In this document: piece after piece, positions 28,314-32,638 of the stretch
Layout of the letters: the number at the start of each line of letters is the position of its first letter
Position numbering within the stretch: position 1 is the stretch's first letter
Assembly: GCA_043754535.1 (NCBI GenBank)
Contig: JAYUUN010000083.1
Coordinates: 1-32,638, forward strand
Length of the DNA stretch: 32,638 nucleotides
Source of the DNA: Chloroflexota bacterium
Lineage (GTDB): Bacteria > Chloroflexota > Chloroflexia > QHBQ01
Reading direction: 5' to 3'
Translations under genes and position numbers: made by a program
Notes under the pieces: generated by a model
What the model was told of the DNA's origin: nothing
Databases searched by the model: none
The model's input: only the letters and a program-made list of their open reading frames with translations

Positions 28314-29987
28314 TCAAGTTGTTAAGCTGACCACCGCCTCATCCTCAGCGGCTGCGTCCGTCTGCGGGGCCGCCTCCACATCGAAGCCGCGCACGAAGTC
28401 GGCCATCACGTTCGGGGTGGCGGTGTCGAAGCCAACCACGTCAAGCATCCCCCCGTCGTCAGGGTCAGCGATGCTGAAGCCGTTGGAGGTCATGCCCACC
28501 ACGATCAGCTTGGCCGGGATAGCCATCTTCTGGCGGTACTGCTGCAAGGCCTGGACAGGATGCACATCCCCCACCCAGGTCTCCGAGTCGGTGTAGATGG
28601 TGAACACGTCCACCTTCAGCTTCTTCTCCATTGCGTAGAGCATCGGCTGGGCGCAATCGGTCGAGCCGAACGGCAGGTCACTGATCGCCTTGATCGCATC
28701 GTCGAGACGCTGGCGGGGCGAGATGGTTAGTGGAAGCAGCTTGTTCTGGAAGCCAACCACATGGTACCGAGCTTCAGTGGCCGCCGTGACCAGGCACATT
28801 GCCGCCGAGGCATCGCGGGGCGATAGGTTCGGCACGCCGCCAACGTTGCCAGCACCCATCGAGCCGGACACGTCGAGGGCCAACAGCCACCGCTTGCCGG
28901 TGCTTGCCACGTTGCCGAAGCTAAGGTAGAAGGCACTGTCGAGTGCATCCACGATCTGTGTGACTGGCTGCCAGGTGTTGCCACCGCGCACCCCCTCCCC
29001 ACTGCCGTAAGTGCGCAGAGCAGCCAGCACCGCAATCGGGTGGATGCGCGCCTTCGTCAGCCGCTCGCCATCTTGCAGCGCAGCCACCACCTTGCCCACT
29101 GCCTCTGCCCCAGGCACAAGCAGCCCAACCCGCGTCATCGTCGCCAGGTTGCGGATCAGAGCGGTCGTCGGCATCGTCCCCTCACCGAGCAGAGCCTCCC
29201 ACACTGCAACCTGGTTGAGGTACTGGGTGGGGATCGCCTCCCGCGGGAGGTTGTAGTCGTTGATCAGGCGCACGACTTCGCCGACCGAGCTAGCTCGCTT
29301 CGCCTTCTCAAAAGCCCAGAGCAGTTGCAGGGCCGCCTCTGGGTGTGGCTCATTGCCGACCCACTCCCAGCCGCCCTTGACCACCCAGTTGTAGATGTCG
29401 TTATGCTGCGGCGTAGTCGCCTTCGGGTGAGTCAGGCGCAGGAGGTCGCGGTGACTCCAGCCGTCGCGCTGCTGGTACTTGACCACCTGCAACGCTAGCT
29501 TGCGCGCAGGCTGCTGGTACCAGCGGGCGACCGCGTTTCGCAGCCCACGCCCCCAGCCCCGCATATTGCCCGCATACTGGGCGAAGTGGAACAGATGGGT
29601 GCCAGTGCGACAGACCTGCGGCACCGCATTGAGGGCCAGCTTGCGCGTAGCCTCGTCGCCAACAGTGGCAGCCACGGCCAGAGCAAAGATAGCGGGGTCG
29701 TTCTTGGGCGCACGGCCACCCTCAGAGACGGCCACGATGGTCTCTACAGCACGCTTGCCGTCGGCGGCGATGCAGGCAACCACCGCCAGTGCGTTCTCCT
29801 GCGTAAGCTGCTTCTCGCTGATGTAGTAAGTGCCGCCCTCGCTGCCCAGGATCAGGAAGCGCAGTAGCCGCTGCCAGTCGTCCACCGCGAACGAGTAGCC
29901 GCCTGCACTGTTGGCCGCCATCTCCTTGCCAGGGATCGGCTCACTCTGCGGGGTCTGCTTGGGGTTGAAGTACTTGGTAAAGTTCAT
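28314..29987 (-). CDS. rsr: Ro60 orthologue (TROVE + vWA domains)
   Basis: PQSEPIPG..NSAGGY.F..D.W.RL.RFLILGSEGGTYY, RTGTHLF, KYQQRDGWSHRDLLRL.HP, ALIRNLATM, RIHP, MIDAS DVSGSM, TDCAQPM, YTDSETW, MLDVVGFD. GGAGG RBS. Confidence 0.95.
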   Translation of the reverse strand: MNFTKYFNPKQTPQSEPIPGKEMAANSAGGYSFAVDDWQRLLRFLILGSEGGTYYISEKQLTQENALAVVACIAADGKRAVETIVAVSEGGRAPKNDPAIFALAVAATVGDEATRKLALNAVPQVCRTGTHLFHFAQYAGNMRGWGRGLRNAVARWYQQPARKLALQVVKYQQRDGWSHRDLLRLTHPKATTPQHNDIYNWVVKGGWEWVGNEPHPEAALQLLWAFEKAKRASSVGEVVRLINDYNLPREAIPTQYLNQVAVWEALLGEGTMPTTALIRNLATMTRVGLLVPGAEAVGKVVAALQDGERLTKARIHPIAVLAALRTYGSGEGVRGGNTWQPVTQIVDALDSAFYLSFGNVASTGKRWLLALDVSGSMGAGNVGGVPNLSPRDASAAMCLVTAATEARYHVVGFQNKLLPLTISPRQRLDDAIKAISDLPFGSTDCAQPMLYAMEKKLKVDVFTIYTDSETWVGDVHPVQALQQYRQKMAIPAKLIVVGMTSNGFSIADPDDGGMLDVVGFDTATPNVMADFVRGFDVEAAPQTDAAAEDEAVVSLTT

Positions 29988-30025
29988 GACGACCACCTCC
30001 CATCAGGGTGCTAAAAAGTCGGCGA

Positions 30026-30131
30026 GACGGACAAGTAGTGGGCTGGCAGTGCCTCCGCAGGCTACCCAGAAAGGGCCAGGAGTCGAACCTGAACTTCGAA
30101 TGAAGTGGTAAGCCAACCGCAGCGGCCCATC
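30026..30131 (-). ncRNA. Y RNA-like element 7 (nearest rsr); miniaturised permuted tRNA mimic
   Basis: 5' GATGGGCCG pairs with 3' CTTGTCCGTC. Contains GGCTTACC, T arm CAGGTTCGACTCCTG, short acceptor hairpin GCCC/GGGT and D-like GCCT-GCGG-AGGC. Confidence 0.7.
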
Positions 30132-30196
30132 CAATTGAGCGGGGCAGTAGCCCCCTTACGCGGCAGATTTTGGTGCTAGTTGCAGGCTAGCCAGCT

Positions 30197-30394
30197 TGGT
30201 CAGGCGGACAAGGGGCGGATCAGGGCATTGCTCGCCACGAGCATCTCAACCCTTGCGGGTCGGGCGGGACTCAACCCCCGCTGCTTACAGCTGCTCTGCC
30301 GTTGAGCTGCGCTACCTTGCGGCAACGGTGGCGAATCGAACGCCACAACCCACTGTCAAATTAGATAACCTGGTCACATCGGCCCGTCTGACCA
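30197..30394 (-). ncRNA. Y RNA-like element 6 with two tandem permuted tRNA-like modules
   Basis: TGGTCAGACGGGCCG / CTTGTCCGCCTGACCA terminal stem, GGTTATC, then two T arm - GCAA-capped acceptor - D arm series. Confidence 0.72.
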
Positions 30395-30427
30395 CGCTGG
30401 CTGCGTGCGCTAGAGAAGATCGGTTGG

Positions 30428-30558
30428 GGTAGTCGCTGTCGTCAGGTAGACTAGCTGTGTTCATGGGACGCTGGAGTTGAACCAGCGCGTCCACCTTGCG
30501 GTGGTCGCTTGCCACTGATAACCCATCAACTTCGGCCCACCTGACGACGGCGGCTGCC
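30428..30558 (-). ncRNA. Y RNA-like element 5 with long terminal stem and non-permuted tRNA-like core
   Basis: ~20-bp terminal stem, GGGCCGAAG / CTAGTCT, GGTTATC, CCACC-GCAA-GGTGG hairpin, then T arm GCTGGTTCAACTCCAGC. Confidence 0.65.
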
Positions 30559-30582
30559 GTCTTTGCTGCTTGATGCTGTAAT

Positions 30583-30771
30583 TTGCTTCCGACAAGAACC
30601 TCGCTGCAAGTTAACCACCTGCTGGCTCGCACCAGCAGGCGGGTGCATTCAACCACTCTGCCACGTCATCCCCAGCGGGCGACGGCGGGATTCGAACCCG
30701 CGAGGCTGTTCTGTGACCAGCCTACCGAAGCTAACTTTGCTGGCTAGCCAGATAAACTGCGGCACTGGCAA
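30583..30771 (-). ncRNA. Y RNA-like element 4 with class II (Ser-like) permuted tRNA mimic
   Basis: GTGCCGCAG / CTTGTCG stem, GTTTATC, long variable arm AGGCTG..CAGCCT, T arm GCGGGTTCGAATCCCGC, capped acceptor, D arm TGGCAGAGTGGTTGAATGCA. Confidence 0.68.
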
Positions 30772-30946
30772 GGTGAAGCGGACAAGTGGCGCAAATGGGA
30801 TAGCTTCCACCAGGATCGCTCCTGGCTTCTGCAAGCTGCTCTACCACTGAGCTACCTCCCCCAGGTTGGTGGTGGAGAGAGGGAATCGAACCCCCGACCA
30901 GCCGATTAAGAGTCGGTAACCCACGTACTAGCGGCCCACTTCACCT
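30771..30946 (-). ncRNA. Y RNA-like element 3 (YrlA-like) with Lys(CTT) anticodon-like loop
   Basis: AGGTGAAGTGGGCCG / CTTGTCCGCTTCACCT stem, GGTTACC, CCGA-CTCTTAA-TCGG, T arm GGGGGTTCGATTCCCTC, looped acceptor, D arm TAGCTCAGTGGTAGAGCA. Confidence 0.8.
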
Positions 30947-30982
30947 CGTCAGTACCCGATCAGTTGTAGCCTACTCTAGCCT

Positions 30983-31098
30983 AGACAGTCGGACAAGAAT
31001 CGCGCTTGACTATGCTCCCCTGCGGAGCTACACCCCCATGATGGGTGGGGGTGCGTGGACTCGAACCTGATAACCGAACGACAGCGGCCCACCTGTCT
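30983..31098 (-). ncRNA. Y RNA-like element 2 (permuted tRNA mimic with degenerate T stem)
   Basis: AGACAGGTGGGCCG / CTTGTCCGACTGTCT stem, GGTTATC, GGTTCGAGTCC, acceptor hairpin CACCCCCA/TGGGGGTG, D arm TAGCTCCGCAGGGGAGCA. Confidence 0.7.
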
Positions 31099-31118
31099 GC
31101 GCCAGAGGTAGTCAGAGG

Positions 31119-31183
31119 GGTGTGAGGGCAAGTTGTCGCTGCTGGGGCCTTGACGATAACCCAACAACTTCGGCCCTCTCACC
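31119..31183 (-). ncRNA. Y RNA-like element 1 (minimal, no tRNA module)
   Basis: GGTGAGAGGGCCGAAGTTGTTG / CGACAACTTGCCCTCACACC stem with GGTTATC. Begins at the predicted transcription start. Confidence 0.65.
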
Positions 31184-31186
31184 ACA

Positions 31187-31215
31187 ATTTTAGCTTAAAG
31201 TCGGCAAATGGTCAA
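31187..31215 (-). promoter_or_regulatory. Sigma70 promoter for the Y RNA array-rsr unit
   Basis: Minus strand TTGACC (31215-31210), 17 bp spacer, TAAAAT (31192-31187). Predicted start ~31180-31182 coincides with the 5' end of element 1. Confidence 0.7.
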
Positions 31216-31416
31216 TAGGGATGAAGGTGTATTTGTGCTACGCCCACAGCAGTAGACTGCCGCTTGCTCACTCACTTGCACAGTCATTACGTCCGAAGTG
31301 GCAAAAAGGTTGCATGATCTGCGCCATTTGTCGCAATCTGCGACCAAAGTGGCGAGTCCAGTCGCTGGTGCAACCGACCCGCTGTCTACACTGTGGCCGG
31401 GCCGCAAGTTGCAGCC

Positions 31417-32232
31417 CTACGCCCCAATCTTCCTGAACTTGTCGTAGCGGGCATCAAGCAGGCGGCGCAAGCCAGCTGGAGTGCGCCAATCATGCTGGTC
31501 AAGGGCAGCCAGGTGGCGGCTGATCGCGGCAGCGACTGTCTCTACGGTAGCGAGCGGGTCTTTGTGCGCGCCGCCTACTGGCTCGGCCAGCACCTCGTCA
31601 ACTATGCCAAATTGGAGCAGATCGGGGGCGGTGATCCGCATCCGCTCGGCGGCAATGGGGGCTTGCTTCGCATCGTTCCAAAGGATCGCGGCGGCGGCTT
31701 CGGGTGAGGCGACGCTGTAGATCGCGTTCTCCAACATCAACACGCGGTCGGCCACCCCAATCGCCAATGCGCCGCCGCTGCCCCCTTCGCCAACGACCAC
31801 TGCGACCAGGGGGATTGGCAGGCCCAGCATGGTCTGGATCGCTTCGGCAATAGCCAGGGCCATACCGCGCTCCTCCGATTGCAGGCTGGGGCTGGCTCCT
31901 GCCGTGTCGATCAGGGTGACGAGCGGGAAGCCAAACTTGGCGGCGTGCAGCATCAGCCGCTGGGCCTTACGGTATCCCTCTGGTAGCGGCATCCCAAAAT
32001 TGCGGGCGATGCTCTCCTTGGTGTCGCGCCCCTTCTGCTGACCGATGAACATCACTGCGCTGCCCGCAAAAGTACCGAGGCCGCCGATGATCGCCGGGTC
32101 GTCACCGTACATACGGTCGCCGTGCAGTTCGATAAAGTCGGGGGCCATCACCTTGATGTAGTCTAGGGTATGCGGTCGTTCGGGGTGGCGGGCCGTCTGC
32201 ACCCGCGCCCACTGCGGGCTATCGTGGCTCAA
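31417..32232 (-). CDS. accA: Acetyl-CoA carboxylase carboxyltransferase alpha subunit
   Basis: [54 protein letters not shown] overlap with accD. Confidence 0.93.
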   Translation of the reverse strand: MSHDSPQWARVQTARHPERPHTLDYIKVMAPDFIELHGDRMYGDDPAIIGGLGTFAGSAVMFIGQQKGRDTKESIARNFGMPLPEGYRKAQRLMLHAAKFGFPLVTLIDTAGASPSLQSEERGMALAIAEAIQTMLGLPIPLVAVVVGEGGSGGALAIGVADRVLMLENAIYSVASPEAAAAILWNDAKQAPIAAERMRITAPDLLQFGIVDEVLAEPVGGAHKDPLATVETVAAAISRHLAALDQHDWRTPAGLRRLLDARYDKFRKIGA

Positions 32233-32638
32233 GACTGCTCTCCATTCGGGCTGGTGTGCGACAGGAGGCTGCTGGTTGCCAGGCCGCCGCTGCTACGGTT
32301 GTAGAAGCGGAGCAGGCGGGCCACCTGCCCGCGCAATTCGCGGCGCGAGAGGACCAGATCGATCATGCCATGCTCAAGCAAGAACTCAGCGGTCTGGAAG
32401 CCAGCGGGCAGCTTCTGGCGGATCGTCTGCTCGATCACGCGGGGGCCAGCGAAGCCGACTAGTGCGCCCGGCTCGGCCATGATCACGTCGGCTATTGTAG
32501 CGTAGCTGGCAGTTACGCCGCCAAAGCAGGGGTCGGTGAGCAGGGAGATGTAGGGCAGCCCTGCGCTGGCAAGGCGGTTGAGGGTGGCTGTTGTCTTCGC
32601 CATCTGCATCAGCGAGTAAATACCCTCGTGCATCCGCG
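32229..32638 (-). CDS. accD: Acetyl-CoA carboxylase carboxyltransferase beta subunit (5'-truncated by the window edge)
   Basis: [31 protein letters not shown]...[14 protein letters not shown]. Confidence 0.93.
   Translation of the reverse strand, partial: RMHEGIYSLMQMAKTTATLNRLASAGLPYISLLTDPCFGGVTASYATIADVIMAEPGALVGFAGPRVIEQTIRQKLPAGFQTAEFLLEHGMIDLVLSRRELRGQVARLLRFYNRSSGGLATSSLLSHTSPNGEQS

Noticed and set aside
30640..30920. Canonical tRNA-Ser or tRNA-Lys genes
   Set aside because: T arms precede D arms (permuted order), acceptor ends are joined by loops, and each is enclosed in a Ro-binding-type stem, so they are treated as Y-RNA tRNA mimics.
30026..31183. CRISPR array or attC-type repeat array
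   Set aside because: Shared motifs are only 6-8 nt, unit lengths vary from ~65 to ~200 nt, and no cas or integrase gene is present.
29911..31436. Short ORFs listed across the rsr-accA intergenic region
   Set aside because: No RBS or recognisable motifs; the region is better explained by structured RNAs.

Overview
GC-rich bacterial chromosomal segment, most likely Chloroflexota. This is inferred from a Chloroflexi-type surface domain fused to a solute-binding protein and an SLH-anchored peptidase. Most of it is housekeeping or transport: a UroD-family protein, potABC, dnaX-ybaB, a Ugp-like ABC transporter with a Pho-box-like promoter, an orphan Dam-family methyltransferase, an acyl-CoA synthetase, recF, an M14 peptidase, rfbD/MreB-like/GT2 genes, a TolB-like lipoprotein and accDA. 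Two loci stand out. (1) A ~1.2 kb ORF-poor region upstream of a Ro60/TROVE gene (rsr) is a tandem array of seven Y-RNA-like elements behind one sigma70-type promoter. All seven share a Ro-binding-type stem (GGGCCG...CUUGUCC) and a GGUUAUC-like motif, but carry different cargo: none, a circularly permuted tRNA mimic, a Lys-anticodon mimic, a class II Ser-like mimic, a non-permuted mimic, a double tRNA mimic and a miniaturised mimic. (2) A mauE-mauD-(Tat, 12-Cys, MauA-like)-mauF cluster lacks mauB/mauG, and its MauF-like gene has an in-frame TGA at the position of the conserved Cys followed by a SECIS-like hairpin, making it a candidate selenoprotein. All calls come from manual reading of the sequence; no searches were run.
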